Assembly: GCA_001643675.2 (NCBI GenBank)
Contig: LSRY02000002.1
Span: 2,046,001-2,110,000, forward strand
Source: Monocercomonoides exilis PA203
Taxonomy: Eukaryota; Protista; Preaxostyla
Direction: 5' to 3'
Length of the DNA: 64,000 nucleotides
Positions 37,601 to 48,062 of the stretch are shown one piece after another. A model generated the notes under the pieces. It worked only from the letters and a program-made list of their open reading frames with translations, had not been told where the DNA came from and ran no database searches. Position numbers and translations under genes: made by a program. Within the stretch, counting starts at the first letter, position 1. Each line of letters begins with the position of its first letter.

Positions 37601-40600
37601 TATGGCTCCTGGCGCACAGGCTGTGAGATTCTCGCTTATGCACGTGACGAGCGGGACAACAGAATTGTCGGGGTTTGTTGTACTGCAGGAAAATGGAGTT
37701 GCATTTGGTGATGCTCCGATGGGAATATTCGAGGGTTCTTGCACATGCACAGTGAATGAAATGACTTTCTTCAGCACAACAACAGGAAGTTCAAGGGGGC
37801 TGCTTTGTTTTTCGTCTACGGGAAATGCTATTGTGAAATACTGCACCTTTTCGAATGCTGCAGCTTCTTTGGGGGCTATTGTATATGTGGCATGCGCAAG
37901 CAAGGTCGAAGTTTCGAACTCAACATTTCATAACATTTTACGGTCTGTTGGGGATGGATCAAGTGTCTGCGTTATGGGTGCAAGCAGTGATTGCGAGGCT
38001 AGCGGAGAAGCTCAAATACTGAACTGCACATTGCAGAATTGCAGTGTTGATGGAGCAGGTGGATGCGGTGGTGGAGTATCAGCGCAACTCGGATTGCACT
38101 CATCACTGATAGTTAAGAATACCACTTTTCAAAAGTGTGCAGCGCCTTTGCAAGGAGAATCTGGGGGAAAAGGCGGTGCACTGTTTTTGTCTCTTCACAA
38201 CACGGCTTCCTCGTTTACTCTCGGGGCAACGGTTACATTATTTTCCAATACAGCGATGTTTGGTGATGATGTTTTTGTTTCTGCACCTGACCTTGATCTT
38301 GCTATTACCGCTGAACACTTCCTATACTTCGACAAGTATCATCCGTTTGCTCGGGAAGCGGCTTGCGGAATGGATCACAGATGGAGCGATGCAGTCATCC
38401 CACTTGTGTACTATCTAATGGATAGGGAGCCGAATGTATGTGTTGCAGATACAGGGGTTGATGTTTCTGTCTGTGGATTTGCTGATTATCCTTGCAAGAC
38501 TATTTCACACGCTCTTACCCATCAAAACGCAGAGAAGTCTATTTTGCTTGCTTCAAAGTTCAATTTTTATGAGCGTGTCCAGCTCAGTGATGCGTATTTC
38601 TGCTCCATATCTGCTCAGGAAAATGCTTCGATTTCCTCATCCTTTTCCACGATAAGTATGTATGGAGATGGGATTGTTTCACAGGCGCTGGTTATTGTTG
38701 CGCAGGAGATAAGTGTTGAGCGTGTTCGGTTTGTGGTGGATTGTTGTTTGACTACGCCTCAGAAAGGTTTGATTCTGGTTGCTAGTGATTCAGCTTTGTG
38801 CGAAATGAAGAAATGCGCAATTGGTATGAGCTTAACAGAGATTAGGCATGAGTCTGCCACAGGAGATGATGAAGGAGCATCTGCAGTTAGGTGTGAGTTT
38901 TGTGTTGTGGAAGCTGGAAAACTTCTGCTGATAGAGTTTACAGTTGAATCGCTGAAAGTGGAGCGATGTGGGCTGATTGACGTATGCGGGACTGGAGCAT
39001 GTCAAGTTAATGGATGCGTGATGAATGGAGGTGAATGGGCATCAGAAAAGGGAGTGTTTGAGTATTGTTCAAGTAACTCAATGACGTTGCAAAATTTAAT
39101 TGCGGAAAGAATTATCTGCAACGGTGGCCCGATTGTTGCAGATATTAATGGAAAAGCTTTAACTGTCGTTAACTGCTCGTTTGACTATATTGAACTGAGG
39201 ATGGGGAATGGGAGCGTGCTGAGATGTGATGTATCTAATGCATCTTCTACTGTGGAAGTGGTTGATACCAATATAACTGGAGCAGCAGCTCTCGATGGTT
39301 GCGGTGGGGCTATCTCCGTGATTGCGAGAAATTCAGCGCATGTGCGGATTGGATACGGGGAGGTTGTAACCGCGTTGACGATGTGCGAAGCAAAATCAGG
39401 AAGTGGAAAACGGAGCGGAGGAAGCGGAGATATCGGGAATATGCATCGACAAAACGGAAACGGAAAGGGGCTAGGCGGTGCAATACATGTGAGGAGTGTT
39501 GGTGCTTCTGATGATATTGCATTTGGCAGCATTTCATTTGGAACAGATGAGCAAGCCAATTCAGCCAGCTGGTCTGGCAAGAACATCTTTATAGAAAGCG
39601 ACAATCTGAGCAGGACAGTGAAGCCTGGACTATTTGGCTTTGCTGTGGATCTGGTTACTAAAAGCACTTTTGATGAGCTAAACGGGTTTGAGGGGGGAAA
39701 TGAATCGTACAGCATTCCACTGGCTGTGTTCCTTGTAGATTTCGATGGGAAGGCTTGGGTAGCAGGAATAGATGCAGATGGCGTTAACTATCGTATGTGT
39801 GGAATTTCTCATTATCCCTGCGCAACGATACCTTTTGCAATAACTGCACGATTTGGAGAAGGGGATGCAACTGTGATTCTCTCCAGCACTTTTTCATTTA
39901 AAGAGCGAATCGTATTCAATGACTCCAATAGTATTTTGATAACTCCCAGCCCAGAAGTGAATCTTGGTCGTATAAGTGTTGGATCTGATAACAGCGGTCA
40001 AGGCGACAGTGTCGTTGAGATGAACTGCAAAACCACTCTCCAAGGAATTGGGTTTGTTCTTCCACCAAACTTTGTTCGGACAGAGCGTTGTTGTTTTTTG
40101 CACTGTGGCGGTGCGGAAATATTGCTGGAGGATTGCTCTGCGAGCAAAGGAAGAGAAGGAAATGTTGCTTATTCGTTTGTGCTGGTGACTGGCGGGTCAA
40201 CCACGCTCAAGAACTTTAAGATGGAAGATTTTTCACTTGGAAATGTAATTGCAGTGGAGGTGCGAGGTGCAGTGGCGAGTGCAAAGCTGGAGAATGTGAC
40301 GCTGAAAGGAGTGAACTCAGAGAGCATGAAGGGGCTTGCATTATGCTGCGACGGAGGGAGACTCGATCTACAGAATGCGACTGCAAATGATTCTACTGCT
40401 GCTAATCACTGTGTGATTACAGTTTCAGCTGGATCTTCTTCAAGCATACAGAACTGTAGCTTCACAGATCTGATAAGGAGAGAAGGCGATGGGGGTGTTG
40501 TGGTTGGTGAAGTATGTGGCGGGGCAAAGGTCCAAATGAAAGAATGTGTATTCCGCGGTGTTGCGTGTGTAGAAGCAGGACGAAAGGGAGGAAGCGTTTG

Positions 40601-43600
40601 TGTGCATGTGGCAGCGGATGGTGTTATTGTGTGTGAGAACAACACTTTTGAGGGGAGTACTCTCGTTGGTGAGGAAAGTTGCGGTGGTGCATTATATTTA
40701 AATTTTGAAGCATCAAGTGTGGTGTACTCGATGCGGAATGTTCAATTCTCACGAAACGAAGCCGGACTTGGGAGCAACGTGTTTTTGGTGTGTCCAACTC
40801 CACGCGTCACTATTGACCGCAACCGGTGGATAGGATCAGCTGTAGAAGGGCAACCGAACAAGACGATGTGGGTGATGGATACAGAGGAACCTCCACTTGT
40901 GAACACAACACTGCTGAAATATTTATTCCCAACAAAGGACAACATAATTTTTGTTGACAAGGAACATGGAAGTATGAGCAACTGTGGAGATGAGGACTAC
41001 CCATGCGCAGAACTTTTCATCGGATACGATCGACTTGGAACCGAAAAGGATGTACTGCAGATCATCTACTCGACGGAACTTACCGGGCAGATTGTGCGGC
41101 AGAATGCTCCCCTCACCATTCGAGGAAGAGATTCCACTTCTGCAAGCTCCAACCTTGTTGTTGGGTCAAGTGGTCATCTGGTTTTTGAAGCAGTGTCAGC
41201 GGATATAGTCTTATCGATTGAGCGCATTGTGTTTACGCTTCCGTATCCTCAGGCTGATCACAATGAGCTGCTTCAACTGAATTTTGGAAAGGTGTATTTT
41301 GTATCGTGTATCTTTGGAGTTTCCACAGATGCCCCTGAAGCAGGATTGACAAGAATTGGGTGTAGCTTGTGGATTGCATGCTGCAGCGGAGGAGAACTTC
41401 AATTCTGCGATGTCGCAGTAAAGCATCTGGATTACGTTTCTGAGACAGGCGTTGCCTGGATGCAAGATAATGCGAAAGGTATATTTAACAGCACAAACGT
41501 TACTGGTCTATCTTGCACAGGAAGCGGCCTCATATATGAAACGGGTAGGGCTCATTTGACGTTAGAGAACTGCACAATTGAAGAATGCACCACAGTTAAA
41601 GGAGGAGTTGTGTGCGTGGAAGATGAAAGTGGAGTGGAATCGGAAGGTGGGTGCGTGTTTCGTAGTTGTACATGTGACAAAGGAAGTGGAGGATGGCTGA
41701 AAGCGATGCTGAAGTCTAGGGGCTCGATAAGCATTAAAAATACACAAATTGAGCAATGTGCGGCTGATGATGATATTGACCCAAACAGCATTGGTGGAAA
41801 AGGAGGAGGTGCGATGCTTGCATTTGGAGATAATTTCTACAACAATATCTTGTTGCAATTGGTATCGTTTGCAAATAATGATGCAGAGCTGGGAAAAGAT
41901 CTGTTTATTGAGTGCAAGAGCTTGAATGAGACGGTAACCCCAGTTCGATTTGAGGGCCTATCTGGAGATAAAGCAGATGGTTCTGCTGATCTGTGGGGAA
42001 GTGATAGGACAATTTTGGAGGAAAATCCGATTTGCTTGGATGTGTTCCTTGTGCAGCGTCTACGATCGCGCAACTTCATATCTTCTCAAACAGGTCTTGA
42101 TCTCCTTGGATGCGGTGAGACAGACTTCCCATGTAAGACTTTTTGGCGAGCTGTGGCAAATGCTGCTCCCACCGAGACAAATAAAGAATTGATAATTGAG
42201 GGAAGTGCATCCATAGCAGATGAGTACAACCTCTCGAGCTTCGATATCTTCTCTTCTGATAACGTTGTGCAAGCAGTTATCAATGTTGCGCCAGCCATTC
42301 CTGAAGGCCGATTTTCAGCTGTGATGGTAAACGAAAAGGCACTGAAGTTACGAATTATTGACTTTTCCTTGCCCAGCGATATAACCAGTTTTCGAGACTC
42401 ATTGATTTCATCAAGCTCTGTGTCTTCGGAACTCTTGTTGATGAACTGCTCATTCTTTTGTGAAAGTTCATGTCCATTGAGATACAGCATAATATATGCG
42501 CATGGAGGAATTGTTCGCGTTGAGAAATGTGTGATATGCGCACTTAACTGTGAAAATGTGCCGTTTCGCCTGAGCTGCACTTTGTTTATTTCAAATTGCA
42601 CTCTCACCAATATAGTTACCCCCTCAAGCTGTGAAGGAGGTGCCTTGCACATTGAACTGCAGCTTGGATGTGAATTGTCCATGGCAGAGATAACAATCCA
42701 AGAATGCTCGTGTTCAATAGAGAAAGGATTTGGAGGGGCAATGTTTCTTGATGCATCTCTTCCCTCTGAAACTTGTCCTTTCCTATTTCGAGATATTACG
42801 CTTGCCGATAACAAAGCGTGGCAAGGCAAGAACATGTTTATTTGTGCATCTGATCTCAACAAGTCTGTTACAGCAGATTCGTTCAAGTTCGACTTCAGCT
42901 CAGGCGAAAAAGACGAAAACATGTTTGCTGGAGAAGATGGATCTTTTGGACAAGTAGATCTGTTGATATTTCTCATTAAATATGAGGCACTTTGTGTGAC
43001 TGCTTCAACTGAAGGAATAGATGTGGCGAGATGTGGAAGTGCCGAGCTGCCTTGCTTTTCGTTCTGGAAGGCAATGCGCCAATTCAGCCAGAAAAGCAGT
43101 AATGAATCATACGAACTCAGGATAGCAGACTCAACTAATTTGCGGAACAATTTCGATATATCTGGGTTTGTAATTTTGGGAAGCGCAGGAAAAATTGAAG
43201 GATATGGTTTAAGTCGGATGCTATGCGAAGGAAATGTGGATGGAGGTGAAGCAGCGCTGCTTGTAAATCGGAAAACGCTGAAGATAACGAGTATTTGTAT
43301 TGCCATTGGGAGCGTGTTTGGCAATGCAGAAGATGCAGTGATGGTGAGTGAAAGCGGCGAGTTGGCATTTATGGAGTGTGTGTTTGAAACTTGCTTGCCC
43401 GCAAACGAGGCGAGCGGAGTGGGTTTTGTTATGGTGAAAGGCGGAAATATTACGATGACGCAGCAGGGTATAAGAAATGTGCATTCAGGAAAGCCTGTTT
43501 ATAAGATTCTGTCAGGGTGCTTCTGTCAAGCGGATGAGATGGCTGTGGATCATGTGGAGCTTGTGGGAGGGAGCTTGATAACCATTGAGCAAGGGAAGCA

Positions 43601-46600
43601 AGGACAGATGCAGGAAAACGGCAAGACTCGTACGACTGTCGTTTTGAAGAACTCGACATTTGTGAGTGTAACCAGAGAAGGAAATGGAAGCGCAGTAGCT
43701 GAATGTTCAAGCTCAGGTTCATACAGCGATAGTGAATACATTTGGCTGGAAGCGAACGGATCACGGTTCGAAGGGTGCAAGGCAGGGGCTGGTGAGAAGG
43801 GTGGAATGCTAATGTTTTTACTGCAGGAAGAGGGCCACCTTGTTGTGAGCAACAGCCAGATAGCGCAATGTGCATGCTCCATGAGCTGCGGCCGTGGCGG
43901 TGGGGTGTATGTAGACAGCTCAATAAGTGGGGAGCTTGATATGCTTTTCAGCCGACTTACGTTCAAAGCGAATTTGGCCAGTGTAGGTAACGATGTATTT
44001 GTCCGCTGTGAGTCAATCGAAACTCAAATCAATGAGACGCACTTCTGCATTGATCTTGGAGCAGATTCATTCAATCCGGTGAATGCTATATACGGGATTG
44101 ATCTTACACACAGGGATCCTGTCGATCTCATGAACTATGTCAGCATCTATCAGTCGAACACAATCCTGGTGAGTACAGCAGATGGCGCAAACGGTAGCAA
44201 TGAGCGCCAATGTGGCAGTTGGGCCTTACCGTGTCGCACGCTTGATTATGCTGTCACTCATCTTTCAGAGAAATATACTCGGATGCTACTTGTTCAAACA
44301 GTCTGTGAGCTGCATGCTGAAGCAGACTTTGATTCAGTCATTTTTGGAGCAGCTATGAGCGCCAACTGTTCGGTTGATATTTTGTCTGGCATATCTCGAT
44401 CACGTTCTGCACTTATTTCTTCATCTGGAAAGGTGACTTTCACTGCAGTCAGTTTTGTGTTTGCATCGCCTTTTGTTTCCTCTCACTCGCTGTTTCTTGA
44501 AGCTCTCAACGGTACGCTATCTCTATCATCATGCCGTTTTGCAGCATATGCCATATCTCGCTCCTTTACTCCTTCTGCAAATGTAGCTGCTGTACCAATT
44601 CCATTTAACCTTATTTCAGTCGATTCGGCAACGCTCTTTATGTTTGATGTTCATATAAGAGATCTCGAATTTTCATCTCTTCTTCCTCTTATCGTTGTTG
44701 GAAGCGCGCCGTCAACTGTACACTTTCTTCATGTTGAAAGATTGAAATTTTCTGGATCGGTTTTAGCATTCACCCAGGCAATATCCATTGATGGAGCACA
44801 AGATGATGATATTAGCTATAAAGTTACCTCATCCACATTTCAAAACGTGAGCTGCATCCAGGACTCTGGAAGCATAATCCATTGTGAAGCCTGTGAAGTG
44901 CCTGTCATCTTGTCCAATTGCACAATTGAGCATTCAAAGGTTGGGAAACAAAATGGGGGAGCTTGTTCAATAAAATCTTGTTGTGATATCAGGATGGATC
45001 TGTGTGAATTTTCGGGTGAATACGCTGAAGCATCTGCAGAAGAAATTATTTTTGAGAGGATTAAAAACATGAAAGAGGCAATCTGCCACTGGAACAGCTC
45101 GGCTGTAGAGCTTGCGAATTGTTCGGCAAAGATTACGGACACTGCCTTTACAAGTTGGGCTATCGGAGCATTGTCTACAATTGGAGGGGTTGTTAATGTG
45201 GAAAAGGGTGAATTTCTGGGAAACGATCCTTTGTTTTCGAAATATCGTTCAACGAGAAGAAACATTTTATGCGAAAAGGAAGGAAAGCTCAATATTGAGG
45301 GTCTGAAAGGAGGTGATGGGATGGAGAGAAACGCATCACTGTGGATATTGAATGATGGATGCGAACTTTCGGGAATAGTGTTGGAAAGAGCGTCAGAGTT
45401 TTTCATCCCAACGCTTGAAGCAGTGGAGATGAAGGAAGTTGGGGATTCAATTGAACTGACGTTCAGAGGAACGGTTCTTCTGCCGTGCAACCTGCAGTTC
45501 CAGATTGTTTCAAGAATAGGAGAAGTCAGCTCGATTGAGACGCATGCCTTTTCAGATGAAGACTTTGTTTCGGAGGTGGAAGTGCATGGGAGGATTGGAT
45601 CATCGTTGATTAATTCAGGAGGGGATGAGGTTGAGGTTAGTGCACACATCTTGTTTGGAAAATCAAATTCTCCTTCATCCACCGAGTCATTCATTTTGAA
45701 GAACAGAAGCGAGAGTGAACCGAAAGGGGATGAAAACGTTGTGGAAGGAGGAAAGAAAGAAGGATCGACATGGCCGATAATTGTGATTGCGATGGGAGTA
45801 ATTCTTTTTTTGGTTCTTGTGATTGCTGTGATTTCGACAGTTCGGTGGAAGAAGGCAAAGAATGAAGCAGAAGATCTGAGAGAGATTGTGAACGATAACA
45901 TCAGAAAGGATCCGAAGGCATTTGAAATGGTGACGATGGAGATGTCGCCAGAGGAGCAATGGAGAAGAGCTGAGAGGGAGGCAGAGAAGAAGAACGATGA
46001 GAGGATAAAGAAGAGAATATATGAGACGAATATGGAACATTCAGAGTCATCAGAGCATCTTCTTTCTGAGAGTGGTTCCACTGAATATATTCTGGGGAGA
46101 GATTCAGATAAGATCCCAGAATGGATGCTGGAGAAGGTCGATGAGAAGGAAGAAGAAGATGAGAAAACAAGAAAAAGAACGCCATCGCCATCCGTCTCAT
46201 CCACTTCAACCATTTCAACCACAGACACTTCAGATACGGAATCCACATTTGTTCGAATGGAAGATGCGTGCCCGACCACTTCATCTATGTCGAATCTGGT
46301 GGATGCGATGGCCTGTTCATCTCCTCATGAGAAGCTGATTGTGGATCTGAGGGATTCGCTGTTCATGATGCTTCATGGGAGGAACAAGACGAAGGAGATG
46401 GCGATTGGCACTCTTCAGGAGAGAGAAGTGACAGCTTCTCAGATCCTGTTCTGGGTGGCAAACGGAGCACTCCACTCGTTTGAGGAGGAAGAGATGCCAC
46501 TTCAGTCATTGGCCAATCTGAGTCCACACATTGTGTTATTCTCGGAGCACATGGTCATCTGCATTGCGATGCACTCAGATTGCTCCTCTTCTGATTCAGA

Positions 46601-47144
46601 TTCATCTTCAATTTCTTCATCCACGATTGTAACATCTTCGTCTGATTGCTCAAGAAGGAGCAAGAGGTACACACACTCTCCACCACCTTCATCTGCCTTT
46701 GAGGATGATGACGATCTCAGGAAGGAGTGCTTGCGGTGGAAAGCTCCGGAACTGATGAACGGGGCAAAGCAGCATGCGACGAAGAAGACTGCAGTGTTCT
46801 CGATTGGGATGATGCTGTGGGAGTGTCTGACGCTGCAGATCCCGTTTGGGGAGTACGAGGCAGTGGTGGCGGGGCAGAAGATTGTGAATGGGGAGAGGCC
46901 AGCGATAGGTGCAGAGCTTCTGGGGTGCTTCAACGATACGGTTGCTGGGTGCCTGTCACCTGGGTGGCAGAGCAGGCCAACGCTTGTCGATCTGAAGCGA
47001 GAGTTCATCCAGCGATTTCCAGCAGGGTCGGTGATGCTGACTGTGTCGGATGCGATTGATGTTGCAGGGGGTGCGGGAAGAGGCAACTTCAGCAGAATTG
47101 TGAGCAGTGGCAATTGCAATGGCAGCGAGAGTTGGTTCAGCTGA
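34683..47144 (+). CDS. 4153-aa type I membrane protein with a pectin-lyase-like beta-helix (Pmp-like GGA) ectodomain and a cytoplasmic tyrosine-kinase-like pseudokinase
   Basis: Uninterrupted ORF with a hydrophobic N-terminus, repeated GGA(I/L) and FxxC motifs, 8 modules opening with CGxxxxxC (7 with PC), and a TM helix WPIIVIAMGVILFLVLVIAVI. Kinase C-lobe motifs LRWKAPE and VFSIGMMLWECLTLQIPF are present, but HRD and DFG are not recognisable. Confidence 0.9.
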   Translation: MLLFIYTVSLLCDIFVDAKRVRMDNFGKLYEAGHFSSFFRQINQPFAMTATSISPTSHFLILNSTTTFGDIVFSSSVNCWPQFYCYTSFLCITSCAVACDTIGKINPFTSYDSSTSIYNATFLNPSCSSLIAPLFSQDSSSGSSFSQIFHFSSSVVQSFVLASTPFILPASFSSGRIHNSIIFNITISPHLRSHMDTIPGPKEVSISDSVFTKVENVYDGGIVQSINAPGNNILCSNCSFLLCSRELSNDTRDPYPSREDYSDKSCSFSDSMFTISSQMSGGAICVSENGSLNVQRCSFIECQTSARGGAIFLYNFCISEINATDFANCSANDSDGALGIFYGIHAITYNCLFVNCSSLKQFGAMNNEHSPRDYLINNCTFSYCLCNGTGGCVGLAYPPSEFSIIDSLFEYSTSSRGGAIYFHSNTESTSMHWKFLLFRNNSSPLGNDAYSTPGLYEKLNKSQFVSCFSTSEQPRFLHCPKTGRCTLDHNENDWLPNPSPMEINVKNSGQDLESCGAEGLECKTVKHAFSRSIPILGQSILLHSETFIVGELKINAQYIAVRAKFKTQAQNNRPIIETNASAEAFCRIVVGSCGVEEVNFLHSCTKWPTTALFVVEGSGNLKLVEVSISCGAEGISYFACSLINPQSDGASIELARVKFSGIKSTKPVLGLAMSCRWEISDILFDEVERTTGNGGALEVTVESGEVLELENITFSSCRSKIGDGGGMWVSAKNESKVVVGNASARSGAIDFNTCEANGLGGGLYVYMEENVDVRLSSLTFTGCSASTGRDVFVSAFNMGNAMKQGLISFLPELTDVNGVNGYERSTTNESFVIPIVVYLWSNRTARAYVHNNKQNSADFTGCGVVEYPCRSVDGAARLHFAEADRKLRLCEGFCFDRYLALDKRMFDFDVEAKGTVNVRVESTVAGAGEGLVECSVPTVFTNISFELGSSVGAKKAFLYSHSASLRMKDCSMCMAPGAQAVRFSLMHVTSGTTELSGFVVLQENGVAFGDAPMGIFEGSCTCTVNEMTFFSTTTGSSRGLLCFSSTGNAIVKYCTFSNAAASLGAIVYVACASKVEVSNSTFHNILRSVGDGSSVCVMGASSDCEASGEAQILNCTLQNCSVDGAGGCGGGVSAQLGLHSSLIVKNTTFQKCAAPLQGESGGKGGALFLSLHNTASSFTLGATVTLFSNTAMFGDDVFVSAPDLDLAITAEHFLYFDKYHPFAREAACGMDHRWSDAVIPLVYYLMDREPNVCVADTGVDVSVCGFADYPCKTISHALTHQNAEKSILLASKFNFYERVQLSDAYFCSISAQENASISSSFSTISMYGDGIVSQALVIVAQEISVERVRFVVDCCLTTPQKGLILVASDSALCEMKKCAIGMSLTEIRHESATGDDEGASAVRCEFCVVEAGKLLLIEFTVESLKVERCGLIDVCGTGACQVNGCVMNGGEWASEKGVFEYCSSNSMTLQNLIAERIICNGGPIVADINGKALTVVNCSFDYIELRMGNGSVLRCDVSNASSTVEVVDTNITGAAALDGCGGAISVIARNSAHVRIGYGEVVTALTMCEAKSGSGKRSGGSGDIGNMHRQNGNGKGLGGAIHVRSVGASDDIAFGSISFGTDEQANSASWSGKNIFIESDNLSRTVKPGLFGFAVDLVTKSTFDELNGFEGGNESYSIPLAVFLVDFDGKAWVAGIDADGVNYRMCGISHYPCATIPFAITARFGEGDATVILSSTFSFKERIVFNDSNSILITPSPEVNLGRISVGSDNSGQGDSVVEMNCKTTLQGIGFVLPPNFVRTERCCFLHCGGAEILLEDCSASKGREGNVAYSFVLVTGGSTTLKNFKMEDFSLGNVIAVEVRGAVASAKLENVTLKGVNSESMKGLALCCDGGRLDLQNATANDSTAANHCVITVSAGSSSSIQNCSFTDLIRREGDGGVVVGEVCGGAKVQMKECVFRGVACVEAGRKGGSVCVHVAADGVIVCENNTFEGSTLVGEESCGGALYLNFEASSVVYSMRNVQFSRNEAGLGSNVFLVCPTPRVTIDRNRWIGSAVEGQPNKTMWVMDTEEPPLVNTTLLKYLFPTKDNIIFVDKEHGSMSNCGDEDYPCAELFIGYDRLGTEKDVLQIIYSTELTGQIVRQNAPLTIRGRDSTSASSNLVVGSSGHLVFEAVSADIVLSIERIVFTLPYPQADHNELLQLNFGKVYFVSCIFGVSTDAPEAGLTRIGCSLWIACCSGGELQFCDVAVKHLDYVSETGVAWMQDNAKGIFNSTNVTGLSCTGSGLIYETGRAHLTLENCTIEECTTVKGGVVCVEDESGVESEGGCVFRSCTCDKGSGGWLKAMLKSRGSISIKNTQIEQCAADDDIDPNSIGGKGGGAMLAFGDNFYNNILLQLVSFANNDAELGKDLFIECKSLNETVTPVRFEGLSGDKADGSADLWGSDRTILEENPICLDVFLVQRLRSRNFISSQTGLDLLGCGETDFPCKTFWRAVANAAPTETNKELIIEGSASIADEYNLSSFDIFSSDNVVQAVINVAPAIPEGRFSAVMVNEKALKLRIIDFSLPSDITSFRDSLISSSSVSSELLLMNCSFFCESSCPLRYSIIYAHGGIVRVEKCVICALNCENVPFRLSCTLFISNCTLTNIVTPSSCEGGALHIELQLGCELSMAEITIQECSCSIEKGFGGAMFLDASLPSETCPFLFRDITLADNKAWQGKNMFICASDLNKSVTADSFKFDFSSGEKDENMFAGEDGSFGQVDLLIFLIKYEALCVTASTEGIDVARCGSAELPCFSFWKAMRQFSQKSSNESYELRIADSTNLRNNFDISGFVILGSAGKIEGYGLSRMLCEGNVDGGEAALLVNRKTLKITSICIAIGSVFGNAEDAVMVSESGELAFMECVFETCLPANEASGVGFVMVKGGNITMTQQGIRNVHSGKPVYKILSGCFCQADEMAVDHVELVGGSLITIEQGKQGQMQENGKTRTTVVLKNSTFVSVTREGNGSAVAECSSSGSYSDSEYIWLEANGSRFEGCKAGAGEKGGMLMFLLQEEGHLVVSNSQIAQCACSMSCGRGGGVYVDSSISGELDMLFSRLTFKANLASVGNDVFVRCESIETQINETHFCIDLGADSFNPVNAIYGIDLTHRDPVDLMNYVSIYQSNTILVSTADGANGSNERQCGSWALPCRTLDYAVTHLSEKYTRMLLVQTVCELHAEADFDSVIFGAAMSANCSVDILSGISRSRSALISSSGKVTFTAVSFVFASPFVSSHSLFLEALNGTLSLSSCRFAAYAISRSFTPSANVAAVPIPFNLISVDSATLFMFDVHIRDLEFSSLLPLIVVGSAPSTVHFLHVERLKFSGSVLAFTQAISIDGAQDDDISYKVTSSTFQNVSCIQDSGSIIHCEACEVPVILSNCTIEHSKVGKQNGGACSIKSCCDIRMDLCEFSGEYAEASAEEIIFERIKNMKEAICHWNSSAVELANCSAKITDTAFTSWAIGALSTIGGVVNVEKGEFLGNDPLFSKYRSTRRNILCEKEGKLNIEGLKGGDGMERNASLWILNDGCELSGIVLERASEFFIPTLEAVEMKEVGDSIELTFRGTVLLPCNLQFQIVSRIGEVSSIETHAFSDEDFVSEVEVHGRIGSSLINSGGDEVEVSAHILFGKSNSPSSTESFILKNRSESEPKGDENVVEGGKKEGSTWPIIVIAMGVILFLVLVIAVISTVRWKKAKNEAEDLREIVNDNIRKDPKAFEMVTMEMSPEEQWRRAEREAEKKNDERIKKRIYETNMEHSESSEHLLSESGSTEYILGRDSDKIPEWMLEKVDEKEEEDEKTRKRTPSPSVSSTSTISTTDTSDTESTFVRMEDACPTTSSMSNLVDAMACSSPHEKLIVDLRDSLFMMLHGRNKTKEMAIGTLQEREVTASQILFWVANGALHSFEEEEMPLQSLANLSPHIVLFSEHMVICIAMHSDCSSSDSDSSSISSSTIVTSSSDCSRRSKRYTHSPPPSSAFEDDDDLRKECLRWKAPELMNGAKQHATKKTAVFSIGMMLWECLTLQIPFGEYEAVVAGQKIVNGERPAIGAELLGCFNDTVAGCLSPGWQSRPTLVDLKREFIQRFPAGSVMLTVSDAIDVAGGAGRGNFSRIVSSGNCNGSESWFS

Positions 47145-47957
47145 GTGAGAGAGGAGATGTTTGAAGGATCATCGATCTGGATGATGCAGAATGAGCAAAT
47201 GTGCAGATGCTGTTGCTGTGTTTTGGTGAATGACTTTCCTAGCAGCAAAAGCCATTGAAATGTTACCTTTTGCTGTTTCTTGTGTGCATTTGTAGACATT
47301 CATTTTTTGGCATTCGTTTGTGTATATTTATATGCATTTATTCCATTTCTCTTTCTTCAATTTTGTTTCGTTGTTTGTATCTTTTAGAAATTATTCCAAC
47401 CTGTAATTGAATTCTTTTCTCTTGATTTCAAACAGAGTCGAGTGTTCATCACACATGTGGTTAGGGTCATCACCATCTCATATTCCTGGGATGGCGATGA
47501 CTTTTTGAGTTAATTGTTTCAGCATGGTTGATGTTATGTATTTGTGTTTTTGTTGTTTGTACCCCCAACATTTTTAAGTGTTCATTTTGAAATGTTTATT
47601 TTTGAGTTTTGAATTTTGTACTTCCATTAAACTGATTTGATTGCATAAATATTTTGTGAATTGTATTTCAATTTTTGAAGTGGAGTTTTGCAAGTTAGTT
47701 TTATTATTATTTCCGTTTTCGATTGCGTTGTGTTGCTTTAGCAACATGTTTCTATGAAATATAATATTTACATATTAATTGACAAATTTTTTTATCTTGT
47801 GTATCAAATTCTGAAATATGACTTAAATGAAGTTTATTTATTGAAGGATGGTTACCAAAATAAACTGTTCCTATCTGGTTAAGAAAAAGCAGTTGCTGAA
47901 ATGATCCCTTTTAAATTTTTCATTCTTGGATGTGAAAATTTTTTGAATATTCTGTTT

Positions 47958-47959
<2 letters not shown>

Positions 47960-48000
<41 letters not shown>

Positions 48001-48023
48001 TTTTGTTTTGTTTTGTTTTGTTT
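47960..48023. repeat. T40 homopolymer followed by (GTTTT)n
   Basis: Seen directly. Confidence 0.9.
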
Positions 48024-48062
48024 GCTTCTTGACAAACAGATATTTTATCGTTCAAAAACCTA

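Noticed and set aside
42086-47299. Long antisense ORFs (412, 479 and 265 aa) inside the receptor gene
   Set aside because: They are codon-aligned shadows of the sense gene with no recognisable motifs.
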